A stretch of DNA of 64,000 bases from NCBI GenBank assembly GCA_904063045.1, contig CAJFCJ010000007.1, forward strand, positions 678,819 through 742,818. Direction: 5' to 3'. The notes below the pieces were generated by a model, which was given only the letters and a program-made list of their open reading frames with translations, did no database searches and was not told the origin of the DNA. Shown here one piece after another: positions 13,201 through 26,233 of this stretch. The position numbers and the translations under genes are program-made. How positions within the stretch are numbered: position 1 is the first letter of the stretch; the number at the start of each line of letters is the position of its first letter. The DNA is from Dimorphilus gyrociliatus. Lineage: Eukaryota > Animalia > Annelida.

Positions 13201-16200
13201 GTTATACGCCGATAACCATTTAAAAGATTATTCCTCAAAAAAGAAATCTAGAATTCCTCCACCGCCCATACTCTTAACTCGGACCGACCGTATGATGGTC
13301 TTTAAACCATCTCCATGGCAACCCGAAAGTGGTGAAAGTGTTGCCTATTATTCTATATTTGGTCGAGCTGCTGTTGGCCATAACTTAAAAGCTAGACTCA
13401 GTGACTATCATTTAGCTGGTAGTGGAGAGGTTGTTCCCGCCAGTGTTGACTGCGAATTACGAGTTGATAACCTTCAAGCAAATTGTAAATACATATTCGC
13501 TGTGGGCGCTTATACTGCAAACGGAAAGCTTATAGGAAATAGTATAGGAGAAACAACATGTTCAATAGTCGCTTCTCATCCTATTCCAATACTTATGGCT
13601 TGGGCTTATCTTTGCCAAGCCGCCTATCAGGTTCAAGAGTACGAATTAGCTAGAGAAGCTTCAAGTGTTTTGTGGAAGCATTTTATTGCTCCAGAACCTC
13701 CTCATCTTCTTCCAATTTACATTGAAGACGACCGTAATGACCTTCGCTTAAATTTTTATACTTTAAACAAAGAAGTACTTGAGCGTACGTCGCCAGTTCT
13801 TTTAAGACTCTTACAGAATTCATTGTTTATTGACGTTGAATCATCGATAGAAAGTTGGCAATTATATTGTGACGATGTAGGTTCTAAAGACATGTTAACT
13901 AGTAATCAAATAAGACGGTTCAGATGCTGTGAAAAAATGCTGGTTAGCTTAGAATTAGCAGGATGGTTAAACGATGCTTCCTACGCACTTCAAGCAACTG
14001 TTCAAAGCTACGGCCTACTTGCACCAATTTTGCAACATAAGATTACGGCTAAATATGTTGTTGAGATATTGCAGATAGCCCATTCCGTTTTGGGTCATAC
14101 GGCACCGGCAATTGGTCATCGTAAAAATACAGATTCCTTCAAACATATGATTGCTATTGTCACGTTCCATTTAGCAAAAGTGTTTAGAAAAGCTGGAGAG
14201 AGATCGCTTGCTTCGTCAGTTAATGATCTCGGACGTAAGATGTTGGCAGTTTTCCAAAAGGACGCAGCTAAACAAGAAGAAGATACTTCTGGAGGTGACG
14301 AAGGTCGAGACGATGACGAAGGAAAAGACCCTGGGGATGAAAGAACTGAAACAGGTTCAGTTACACTCCAAGTATTAAAAAGAAAAACCGTTCGAAAGGC
14401 GAAGAAAGCTTTGTGGGATGAAGCGGAAGCGACGGGCAATGAAGAATTGAAAGCTCTCGAGGCTCATATGTCATACATGCAAAGGCAACGTGAGTAAAAG
14501 TATTATTCTAGAATTTTATTCATACGCACGCACCTATTACCTCTTTCAGGTGATGTAGAACATGAGTTGTATGGCCACGAAGACGTTTCCATTTTGTATG
14601 CCTATATTGCATATCTTCCTAGTAAAGTGGCTTATAAAGAAGTGATAAAATTTAGGCGAAGATTAAGATTTTTGGAATTCTTTACTTGTACTGCTCAAAA
14701 AGCATTAAACGAGGGTTACGCTGATGTTGCGTTGTCGTGGTGTGAAGAAACTGAACATTATATAATGAAGAGGAATGAACCCTTTGTCAATGTCGACAGA
14801 GGGGCTTCAACTCAGCCTACTCAATCTGCAGCTAAAGGCTGGAATGCCGCCATTACCGAATATAGTCAAACTATAGTTTCACCTAATAGTAAGACAACAA
14901 CATCAAAGGGCGGCGCCGGCCATTTAAAAAAAAGAAAACCACGTTATAAACCAATAGGAATTGATCCCAATTTATCTGAATCGCAAAAAGCTTTGAGGGA
15001 AGAACAACAATTTAAAGCCTTTGATACATTTGCTAATCATTTACCGAACATGTGGAGAACAAATATTAGACGTAAAAGGCTAAGAAAGATATGTACAGAT
15101 GAAATGCCCTGGAGATCCGAGATGCACCATGTTCAAGCTAAATGCATTATAAGGATACTGTTAAGAAAATTAGAAACCATAGAACAGATACAACTATCCA
15201 CTACGGATCTAGATACTGATTGGTATGGTTTTGAAAATCTCGGTGAAATCTTAGTAATTAATGGCACAAAGAAAAAATCAAAGACGAAAAGTAATAAAGC
15301 AGTCGAACCTACTGGAATTGATTTGGCAGCTGCTGCGGCAAGTAGTGGAAAACTATTGCATATGGACGAATCGGGTGCCGCAACTAGTACAACACCAAGT
15401 CATAAAAAAGAAAAAGTATCAACAGAATATATAGAAGAAAGTCTGAAATCAGCTTATAGCTATTTCAGAAAGAGTATAGTTCTCGCTCATAGAGGAAGAC
15501 ACTGGATCTTATTACAAAACATTTGTCGCTCACTGTGGAATTATTCTTCTGTTATTCTCCAATATTCAACTCTAAGATTTCCGAATGTGAAAAAGCTTAT
15601 GAACAAAGCTTTCTTTATGGCTGCGGACTGTCTTCTCGATATGTTTATGTCCACAGAAGGACAAAATGTCGATATTGACTTTTTGAGAAAGATCACGCTA
15701 AGATCTATGGAACTTTTAAGTTTGGCTGATAAATGGGAGTGCTTAGTTCATATTGGTTTGAAATTTTGCGCTCTGACTAACAATATCTTCGACGATCAAG
15801 TCAAACCTTTGATTGCATGCGCTCAAAATCAGCTTATCAGTAGAATACAATCATCTGGCGGTTATCAGAAAAACTTTTCCAGAGTAACCACAACAGATGA
15901 TAAGGATTATCTTAATTTGGAATTAAACGTAAAATTGGGCGATAGCAAAGATCTGGCCGAGTTAATTGGTCAAGCTTCAGATGAACAGAACAGCAACAAT
16001 CCTCACTCTAATTCCACATGGGCAAAACGTCTATGCCGTGTTCCATTAGACATTAGTAAAACTATGGAAAGTCTTAAGCTATCTTTGGATCGTACAGAGC
16101 ATACAACAAGAGCTCTAAGGCACTCTAGGCGTTTATTAAGCCTTTATTTAGCAGGAAGAGTTTTACGCATAGATGACGACCATAAACCCAAATCTGCTGA

Positions 16201-19200
16201 TTCCAGAGTCGATTTCGTTAAACAAACTTGCTTTCCCCCTGACGCTGTAGCCCCAAATTTGGAAGAGAGAAAATTTCAAACGATGACTGACGTTCACTGT
16301 AATCCCCTTCCATCTTCTCAACTAGGTCTGGTTCGTGAATCTTATAGAAGAACTATTGAGCTTCTATTAGCAAGTAAGCAAAAACATCTTGCAGCTCAGG
16401 CTTTACGAGATTTGGGTAATTTAGAAATGCACTTAAATAATAATAAAAGAGCCGCCAAATATTGGAATGAGGCTCTAGGCATATTGACCGGTTACGAAAA
16501 TCTACCGAAAATCTGGAGAAAAGAGTTGGCAATGGAAGATATTTCAGACTTCTTATTAAAAAAGTACGGAATCTGGATCTGTTTGTTATCTGCTAATTTA
16601 ATATCAAATATTGCGCAATTCAATCCTCCATCGAAGTTGAGAGAGCAAACTGATTACTGCCTATTGGCTTCATTCTTTTTCAAGAGTGTCTTTAGGGCTT
16701 CCTTACCCCACCCATTAGCCGATCGTGATTATGCAACGTATGAAATTGGAAGCGATAAGGATGTGGAAAATCTAATACCTAGCGTTGATATACTGGCGGA
16801 TCGTTACAGGTTAGATGGCCCTGCCCTTATTAGCTCTCTAAAGTTCACCATTGATGTCCTTGTCGAATCGAGATATTTGTTAACGACTTTACCATTATTG
16901 ACTCTTCATACTTATTTAACTACCTATATTGCACCTGAGGCACGATCAGCCATTGCGGGCAGACTAACAAAGGTCAAAGTGCTCACGGATCTCCATATGT
17001 TCTCTGAGGCTATTCAACATCTTCTTCGTATTCTTTATGGAGAAGATGTTCCTGATGTTAATGGTATACGAATTTTCGAAATATCACCCCCAAAACGTCA
17101 ATTTTTAAACAACAAATCAATAACCGATAACGACAATTTAAAATTGTTAGATTCGATTCTTGATAAAAGATTAGCGTCCAATCAGGCATCTGTATATGGA
17201 TCCTACTTAACTTGCCAAGTGAATATTGTACAATCCCACCTCCTTATCGAGATAGCTTCAACTATTCAGGGAATGCCGGTGTTTGAGGATGACATGTAAT
17301 TAGATTTTAACTTATCACTTAGTAATTATATTTTATCTGCACCTATTTTACTCTTTTAGGGTTCCTGGAACTAATCTACAAATTAAACCTAAAAGTTATA
17401 CAACCTTTGACCCAGCTAGTGGAATAAGTCTCGTTCCCCAACAGACTGAACCCATGTCAAGTTTATCAAAAAAATCTAAGGGAGGAAAATTGAAAGGTAT
17501 AAATTGAGTAATACTTCTAATGATTATGACTTATGATGACTATCTCTTTTAATAGATGAAACTGATAGAACAACCAAGAGATTGACAGCTAGGGAAAAAC
17601 CCCTCAATAACAATATCATTAAAGGGACCCTCTTATCAAAGGCGGATAATATACTTAGTACTGTCAGCGAAATCATACTAGAGAAAGCTGCATTCGAACG
17701 CGGCCCAGCCTATTTGTCTCCCGTCGAATTGGAATTGGCTGTAACTTGTAAACTGGAACTGGCAAGCATTGCTAGACAACGTCACCATTCTATATTTGCG
17801 TCTCAATTAGCTTTCTACGCTGCTCAATTAATTAAGGAAAACAACGTGTTAGAAGTGGCTGAAGGGAGTATAAATAGGCGTCTATGGCTTAAAGCAAGAT
17901 TGGATTTAGTGAAAAGTAGAGCGGGAGAAGTGAAAGGTATGGGATTAGTCAAAGGTAGTCATGTTCCTGTTGAGTGCAAGTTAGCAACAGCAAGAGAATA
18001 TTGTGCTCAAGGGGTAGCTGAGGCTGATACTTGGGGAGAGAATCTCTATCACGCCCATTTCTTATTACAGAGTGCCGTTCTTGATATAGTTGAAGGTATT
18101 CGACCACAGATTACCCTAGAATCCCTAAATGAAATCATCGAATTATGTGATAATAATGTATTCTCTTCCGAATGGTCTCAATTAAAGATTATGTCTCTTT
18201 GTCATAGTATAGATATACAATTAGCACTTGGAGTGACAGACTATGCAGCTGCTTTTCAAACCTATTTGAAACTTCACTATACTACTTTAAATGTTCTAAA
18301 ATTAACTTTTGGACAAGATATAGAGCATCGAATGCCAAAAGGGAACGCCGATGAATTCTCAACGGTCCTCAAACCTATAGCAAATGTATTTACACCATTT
18401 CTTTCTCTACTTGTCAATATTAAGCATAGGTTGGGGCATTGCATAGCCGAAATAGAACCTGACAAAGCCTTGACTGTTTTACGAGAAGCTTCAGCCGTTC
18501 ATAAGTTCTGCACTACCTTTGATCAAGTTGTTGAAGCCGAAATAGTACTATTAATAGGCAAAACAGAAAAGAAACTAAATGATAGGGAAGCCGCCGCCAA
18601 TTCCCTTTTGCAAGCCATCTCGTTAACTTACAATCATGATCACGATCTCTCTAGAATGAGGGAAGCTTATTCCGAATTAACATTAATTTATTTATCAACT
18701 TGTGGTCTAATAACAACAAAGGACGGGAAAATAAACGGATTAACTAAAGACGGCCTAGATGTTTACTCCGTTGGTACAAAAAAACAAATCCGCCTTCCTT
18801 CACAAAAAACAAAAAAGTCTAAAGATCCACCTGAAGATGATAGATTAGTTGCGTGGGTCATATTAAAATGCACATCCCTTATTGGTCAAGCTCAAAGGCG
18901 ACGAGCTCAAATTGCCGGAGAGAATCCTTTATCGATGGAAATACCGCAAGCGGCCAGATTGAATATGCCACAATTCGCGTGTCTTGACTTGGTTTCAAAC
19001 TATGTTTTAGGTGAGAAAAAGAAGATTTACAAAACGGAAATTGAACGCGAAATGGCTCCTTTGGTCGAAGCGGTAGAGCCTCCCCCCTCAGAAACCTACG
19101 ACCAACAATTAAATAACGCCTGTAAAGCTACGGAAGGACTCAGCTGGGTGCACGTCATTGGCTATCAATCGCTTTTAAACCGACTTTCTACAACCGAAAG

Positions 19201-19879
19201 TTTCTCGTGGTCCAATCACGCTCAAAATTCACCTGTTCGAACTGTCTTATTCGCCGCCGATTGGCGTGAAAGGTCCGCCAAAATGCATGAATTCCTAAGG
19301 GATAATTTAGCTCACTATTCAACTAATTGTTTAGCGCCCGAAACACCAGAAGGAGATTTTATAACAAAGCCGATTGCTTGGCCGGAAAAGTCGGAAATTT
19401 TCTCTTATACCTATTCATTTGACTCTAAGGTTATTTTCCTCAATGGAGTTCAAAGGAAGAATTATAAAGATATAGTTGCCGTACAAACTGACGAAGATAT
19501 ACTGAAAAATCTTCACGCGAAATTAGTCACTCTGATACAAAAAGCCGAATTAATTCTAGTTGAACAAACAAAGAAGGAAACTCAAAAGAAGGATAAGAGA
19601 TCTACATCAAAATTGAAAACCTTAACTGTTGACGAAAAGGAAAAAACGGAAACAACGGAACTAGATGCAATACTGCGAACTTGCGTGACTGAGATTCGAA
19701 CCTTATTTGGTAAGGAAGATACTCTTACAGAGTCGTCAGCTACTCCGATTGAACCGGAAATTCCATTTGACGTTACCAAAAAGAATATTGACATTATAGA
19801 GAATTATTTTAATATGTCGTTCGGCTTTCTATTGAAGGAAAAGCAAGTTTTGAATTGGATGTTGAAAGTTTTATCTTAA
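10220..19879 (+). CDS. CFAP54: Cilia- and flagella-associated protein 54
   Basis: N-terminal DLFALWNKFEPRLP...EYKLASWQCFERYL, GTVHIYGIARHLMTVG, YLKWRSTLYAAVCQCYYD, PPPPILLTRT, YIFAVGAYT; three multi-kb exons (ORFs 11684-14497, 14567-17299, 17582-19879). Confidence 0.93.
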
Positions 19880-20046
19880 AAAAAAAAAGACTATTTTTTC
19901 AATAAAAAAACTGTAAAAAAAATTTTTATGAAGCGCATGCGCATAAATTAAATAGTTCTTCATTATTGTTGTAAGTCACACCTACAAAACGGTTAATGCA
20001 GGCCTATAATCCTTTCTGCAATCTTTTTTTTGGAGGCGTTTCTGTT

Positions 20047-21823
20047 TCAATCTAGTTTATTTATTGTTAAAATAATTTTTCCTTCGAATAACGGTAAAGG
20101 AGATGATTCGTCATTGACTTCTTCATTAACTACACCAACGTCGAACTCTGTTGACTCTTTTTTAACAAAATACCTAAATTAATTAAAAAAAAAGGAATAA
20201 TATAAATAAACAAAACAATCAAATTGTATTAGAATATATATACAAACCTGTAATTTGAACCTTTGTTTATGTGACGTTTAATATTGGCTAATGTAACAGT
20301 TTTTCCAGGTAATGTACACTTATAAGGAATAGCCTCATTAGGCAGGAAGTAAGCGACTATTGTAGAATCATTATCCTTTTGAATAATACTACTATTACTA
20401 TTAATACTTTGATTGCTATCTGCAGTTTTAAAGCGTTTTTCTTGGCGTGCACCGTTGGAGAATACTCTACCAACGTGCTCGTCCAGAATATCCTGAGGAT
20501 TTTCCGAGTCATTTAAACTCGTGTCAGTTTCTGTTTCCGTTTTTTTGATATGTTCATTCAATTTATGTACTAATTGCTTATGGAATTCTGCAGGATTGCT
20601 TTCAGCAATATTCGCTTTACAACGAGGCCGATGACGCTAAAGTAATAATAAAAAGATTTTTAAGATGAATAATAAAAAGAAAATGAGGAGAAAAATAAAG
20701 TGGGGGTGAACTTACAGGTATAATAGGATGAAACAACTTTTCAAAAAGCCGTCCACTTTCCCTGACACATCGACCATCTCTGGAAAGATGAGATGAACAA
20801 TTTTTTAATAGGTATCTAACGATGCGTAAACTCTCTTGAATAAGCAAGAAAAAAAGGACAAAACCGAAGAACAACGTACAATGGTTTTATAAAAATGAAG
20901 CACCTGGCTACAGGTGTAGGTCATATACAAATAGGGTATTCGATATTTAACTAAATACACTTTAAAGTAATACGATGAGGATACATCAATAAAGAATACA
21001 CATAGTCAGATGGCATTTAGTAAAGGATATAATGTACATATATCAATAAAAAAATGTTCTTTATCAATACTTACACGCTTGAATCTGTTAAAGACAGGGT
21101 ATCGTCCGTAAATGCATCGCTTGAGCTATGTAATTCACTTTCAAACGTTGAATAGTAGCGTTTTCTTTCCCTGTTGTCGAAATTAGTAAGAACACAGTGC
21201 GCTATAAAACAAACTAGGAATTGAAAGCGCCGCCTTTCTTTTGATGTTTAGATAAGAATTCTTCAAACTACATTTCGGCTAGCGAGACTAATCAACCCCC
21301 TTATCTACCCGCACTGAACTTCAAACACTGGCGGCGTTTATGCAATTTAAATAACTTACATTGACCGATCCGCTATGGAACTTGAAGAGGAGTCAGAATA
21401 GGCTCTAGAGTAGATATCGCACTTTAAAAAAGCTCTAAAAGCATAATTTCTTAAAATATCCTCCACATAACATTCAGCTTCATCAAATAATTTTGGATCC
21501 GACCGATTAATTCTTATTTTTTCACTCATTTTCCTCCTTATATCACTCGGAAGATCAACCCTTTTCCTTCTTACATAGTATCGATAAATCGTTTTTATAA
21601 TATGAGCTATTTTCTTTGTGTCGTTTACCATTTTCAAACCACGGCATGCAAATATAAAGTCTAATTGACCAGCCTCGTCAGTTATATCCAGGAACTTCTT
21701 AAATAGTTTAACTCCTTCTCTATCCTTTAGTAATAATTCAAAATCCTCTATGCAAGTAAACGAAGATTCCCGACCCGGTATAGGAGGTCGCTTTATATTA
21801 TTGACTAGATGTGAATCAGTCAT
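20047..21823 (-). CDS. AXIN: Axin (compact, 5 exons)
   Basis: Tankyrase-binding RPPIPGRE, RGS domain, SDAFTDDTLSLTDSSVDG, GSK3-binding NPAEFHKQLVHKL, beta-catenin-binding ENPQDILDEHVGRV, and C-terminal DIX (VAYFL...PY...YFVKKES...LPLFEGKI). Confidence 0.92.
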
Positions 21824-22127
21824 TCTATTTTGATTTTCCAGCCGATATTTCCAGCAACAAAGCTCACGCTCCTCCGATAGCCAATGATCAATATTGCCGT
21901 TCAACGCCACCTATTGAGTGAAATACAATACGGGGCTTTATTTTTATTCAAAGGAAGTGTCTCAACAACGCCATCTAGTGTAAAATAAGTTTATTCTCAA
22001 AAAAAAACAACTATGATATAATTTTTGATGTAAGAGATCTTAACTAAGTATAATAATAATAATGATAACAATAATAATTATATAACATTAGTAATAATAT
22101 AATAACAATCTAATTATAGATTCTTTA

Positions 22128-23796
22128 TCATTTTCTAACAATTTCTTGATTGGTCGGTTCAAATAAACTCTGCAATTGCTTTTCGGTCAGGGTTGGTTTC
22201 TTAGCAGCACAATGGAACACGCTGTGTGAATATTTATCTCGGACGTTCTTGTACTTTGAAGATTTGTTCGCAATAATGAGGGCGTTTAATTTTCTAACAG
22301 TTTCCTGAAGTTCTTCCTTCTTATAGCCAGTATAGTGGCGCATAGTTCCCGACTGTATTTTTAAAGACAGTATAGAATATTTGTTAGGCGCAGGCAAAGA
22401 ACAAAATTACAAACCCATTCATATTTTCCCTCAATTGCGTGAGCGAGTAGAAGAGCTGAGGCAGCAATTTGTGAATCTCTATAAAAAATAAGGGAATAAT
22501 CCATCAAAGATACTTCCAAAATGTATCTAGCCAGAGCTAACATTGGCATTTCGTCTTTAGCACACTATAGGTAAAGGAAGAAAAGAAAACAAACAAGTTA
22601 CAATCTTTTGTTCGTTTATTTATAAAACAAATTCCGTTTGAATTTTTACCTTAGCGTATCTTCTTAAAAATCTATAGCTCAAGGGCATCCCTATGTCGAA
22701 GTTAAGGGATTTCAAAACGTCCAGTTCCATAGATATCTAAATACAAGAGCATTAGTGTTAGTTATGCAATTGAATCTATCAGGAATATAATTTACTTACA
22801 AGTTGGCTACGTTTATAAATATCATTGCAAATGTATAAAAAGTCATCTAATAGAGGGGGCATACGCTCATCGTATTTTGAAGCAATGAACATGCATGTTG
22901 CTCCTAACAATTGGAGCATTTCTCTTGAAATAGTTTTCTTACTAAGGTAAGAGTCCAACATCTTTACTCCCAAATAGAGAGTTTCGTGATTCAGTTCAAA
23001 ATTTTCTTGAATTTCCACCATCCAGTCTACTAGCACAGTGCGTATGTTACACGAAATTCCTTTATTCGTGGAAATATAATCTGATGGAATGAACTTTGTC
23101 TGCAGGGGAGAGAAAGGGAAAGTTAGTTAAGCGTTTTCTTATCTAATACAAAGACGTTGTACCTCTCTCTCTTTGTAATATTCGAAGATGTGCGCAGCGT
23201 ATAACCCATTATAGTAAATATCATTTATCTGCGCCTTATCAATGTCCTCCCATTCGAAACTTTCAATTTCCTCCAGTTGCTGTTCTTCAATATCTATCGA
23301 CAAGCGAATATTTTCCACTTTAAGTTTACGAACATCTTCTTCAGTAACGCAAGGTAAACCTTTTGAAGATTTTTGTGACAAGTCGCAAGAAGATTGGGAA
23401 GATGGAATGGAATCATTGGAAATATCGGACGAATTCTCGTTCTGTTCTCGTTCGACAGCTGTTTTAAGCGGGGGCTTTATTTCAGTAACTGCTTTTTTCT
23501 TTTTGGCGGAAATTTTCTTTTTCGTTTTGCGCTATATACATTCATGTTTCATATTTAATAATATTTAAAAATATTTCAAGTTATTACATTGGTAACATCG
23601 TCCAAAACGACTCTTTTCTTCACTTGCTCTTGCTGTGATTGATCTTCATGTTGGCGTTTTGTTTTTGAAATGGGCAAACGCTGATATGAATCAAGACGAT
23701 CGAATTAGTATTATGAAATTAGTTAATTACATATAGGCAACTCACAGTTAAACCAAGACGTTCGTTTAGGCGCAAAGACCGGCGACTGGATGCCAT
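22128..23796 (-). CDS. CCNB3: G2/mitotic-specific cyclin B3
   Basis: LVDWMVEIQENFELNHETLYL cyclin-B3-type box, D-box RVVLDDVTN, ARYILEVSLMDY, VRDKYSHSVF. Confidence 0.9.
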
Positions 23797-24043
23797 TACA
23801 AAAACGTTAATAAATGGTAAAAGTGACGATTAGAAATTCTGCAAAACAAAGATATAAAATGAAGTCAGATCATATAACATCAATTAATAACAGATACTTA
23901 CATAAATTAATGCTAAAACTGCACTTGCAATCCTTTCTATGCTAAGTTAAAGCGACTTGTTTCCCTCGTTACTTTAAATTGCAGGCGTCTTTAAATTGAA
24001 TTGTAAGCTACGCGCTCATTCGCTATACTTATAGGGACGTTAT

Positions 24044-24138
24044 CCAATCAGCGCTGTTTTTACTTTGGACATAACCGGCTAGAACCGATATTGCCCGATC
24101 TTAATGTGATATCCGATCACTCAGTATCGATATTTGAA
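24044..24138. promoter_or_regulatory. Possible cell-cycle promoter elements upstream of cyclin B3: CCAAT (24044-48), TATCGATA (DRE-like, 24125-32), TTTGAA (CHR-like, 24133-38)
   Basis: Short motif matches in the expected position; chance matches are possible. Confidence 0.3.
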
Positions 24139-25104
24139 AACGAATATCTTGGAATATATAACAGTTTGCACCACCTCCAAGACACTGAGCACACGATCAA
24201 AAAAGTGTACTTGAGTTGGCTAGCCAGTTAATTTACTTAGTACTGTTTAGACAACTGAATTTGAATTGATTGTTGCTCTCTGAAGACTAATGTCACTTTA
24301 AATCCAAAGAATTCTAACAAAGCTTCCAAATGAGCCTATTTATTCGTGAAATTGATATGATTTTTTAAATAAGAAAATATGACAAATTAATAATGTCAAA
24401 TTTTTCGGAATTCACGGACTTTTACAGAAAATCGGATTTTTCGATAAGTTGTGCAGATATTGAAACCGATCTTTATGTCGATGCAAGATGGCGATGACCA
24501 TGCCCCCGACTGGATAACCATGTTAAGACTCACGTGAGACTCCTGAAGTTATTACCAGAAAAGATTGGCTGTAACTTGAAATTTTGTTAACTAATAAATT
24601 AATCGGTATGTTTTTCCGAAAATTTATTGACATATTTGCTTTTTGTAATAATCCTATATTTTTCTACGGCTTAAGAATTTATCAAAAAATCGACGATTAT
24701 ATGGATCATTGTTACATTTTCTGATCCATATTGTTTAACAATTGAGTATTTTAAGTAAAAATACATACGTTTTGATATAAAATTTCAATGGATCTGGTTA
24801 AAAGATAAGGGTTCGAAAAATACACGGTCAGAATGAATATACGTTTTTAAAAATAGGCTGAGTTTAACCCTGTGAACAATCATTGACAGGCACGTTTGAT
24901 GCAACTTGCAACAAATGAATAACCGATTATCTCAGCAAGCGTCAACTAAATAACCTTTGCTTTAAGCAACCGGAGTACGCATTGTTTTTGCCCAATATAA
25001 TACACTATATCAATTAACTTTCTAAATCTTTGTAACAATAGATAGCGTGATTTTGATTGACTTTTAAAACATCTTTTTACAGAATCTGTGATAACCGAGT
25101 AAAA

Positions 25105-26173
25105 AATGACTGAAGAAGAATGCGAATATGAATCACTGCCAACAACAAATATTGTCGCCCATATGGTGGCTGGAGCAGGCGCTGGTGCAATGGAACATTG
25201 CATCATGTACCCAATAGACTGTGTTAAAGTAAGTCGCTATTGACAAAGGAATTAGGACTTGTTTTCTATGTTCTCAATATTTCTTCTAGACAAGAATGCA
25301 AAGCCTGGTTCCAGATCCGAAAGCTAGTTATAAAAATGTTGCTGATGCTCTTTATACTATTATAAAACAAGAGGGAATCGGGCGAACTGTTCGAGGAATA
25401 AATGCAGTTTTCTTTGGTGCAATTCCTGCACATGCGATGTACTTTGCTGCTTACGAGCAAATCAAATTGGTACTTACGGAAAGAATGTCAAAGCAATACC
25501 ATTCAGTCGCTCATGGTATATTAATAATTTTTAATTCATTCTTTTTATAAAAAAGTATGTTTTTGAACTCTCAGGCTTGGCAGGATGTTCAGCTACAATA
25601 TTTCACGATGCAGTAATGAATCCTGCGGATGTTATAAAACAGAGAATGCAGATGTATCAATCACCCTATTCAACATGTTCGGAGTGTGGTAAACGCGTAT
25701 TGATGGAGGAAGGACCACATGCTTTTTATAGATCATACATGACTCAACTGACAATGAACATACCGTTTCATGCTATTCACTTCATGGTTTATGAAAAAGC
25801 TCAAGATATGATCAATCCGGACCGAAAGTATTCACCAATAACACATATTGCCTCTGGAGGCGCTGCTGGAGCTATAGCAGCAGCAGTAACTACCCCATTG
25901 GACGTTTGTAAAACCCTTCTCAATACCCAAGAACGATGCGCCTATCAGAACGATGGTACTATCAGCGGACTTCGTCAAGCTTCGTCTCTCATATATAAAT
26001 TTGGTGGGCTACAGGGATTCTTTAGAGGCTTAACAGCTCGTGTTATATACCAAATACCAGCTACAGCAATATCATGGAGTGTTTATGAGACGTTCAAGTT
26101 TATTTTGGCAACAAAAAAGTCAGCTAGAGCCTCCCCTATTCTAGCCGCAAACGAAAGTTCAGGGATAAGGTAA
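25105..26173 (+). CDS. SLC25A37: Mitoferrin (mitochondrial iron carrier, SLC25A37/28 family), 3 exons
   Basis: EYESLP...[79 protein letters not shown]. Confidence 0.95.
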
Positions 26174-26233
26174 AAGAGACTGATTTGAAAAGACGTTAGC
26201 TTGAAAATATCCTTAGGCAATTTATTTCAATGC

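Noticed and set aside
14116-14439. Antisense ORFs opposite long exons (also 12478-12747, 30911-31204, 42606-42980, 57306-57548)
   Set aside because: These are shadow ORFs of real coding sequence with no motifs of their own.
19877-19888. A-run directly after the CFAP54 stop, suggesting a retrocopy
   Set aside because: A-runs of this length are common in this window, and the gene retains introns.
21022-21030. ATATCCTTT (U12 AT-AC donor consensus) on the minus strand in an Axin intron
   Set aside because: It lies about 40 nt inside a normal GTAAGT intron with no U12 branch site or in-frame AC acceptor; likely chance.
21824-21930. GTG-started extension of the Axin ORF preceded by AG (possible trans-splice acceptor or operon with cyclin B3)
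   Set aside because: ATG 21823 places the tankyrase motif at its usual position, and a promoter-like AGATGGCG lies just upstream; there is no evidence for trans-splicing.
24800-24830. GTTCGA T-loop-like hexamer
   Set aside because: No cloverleaf or A-box; no tRNA or rRNA is supported anywhere in the window.
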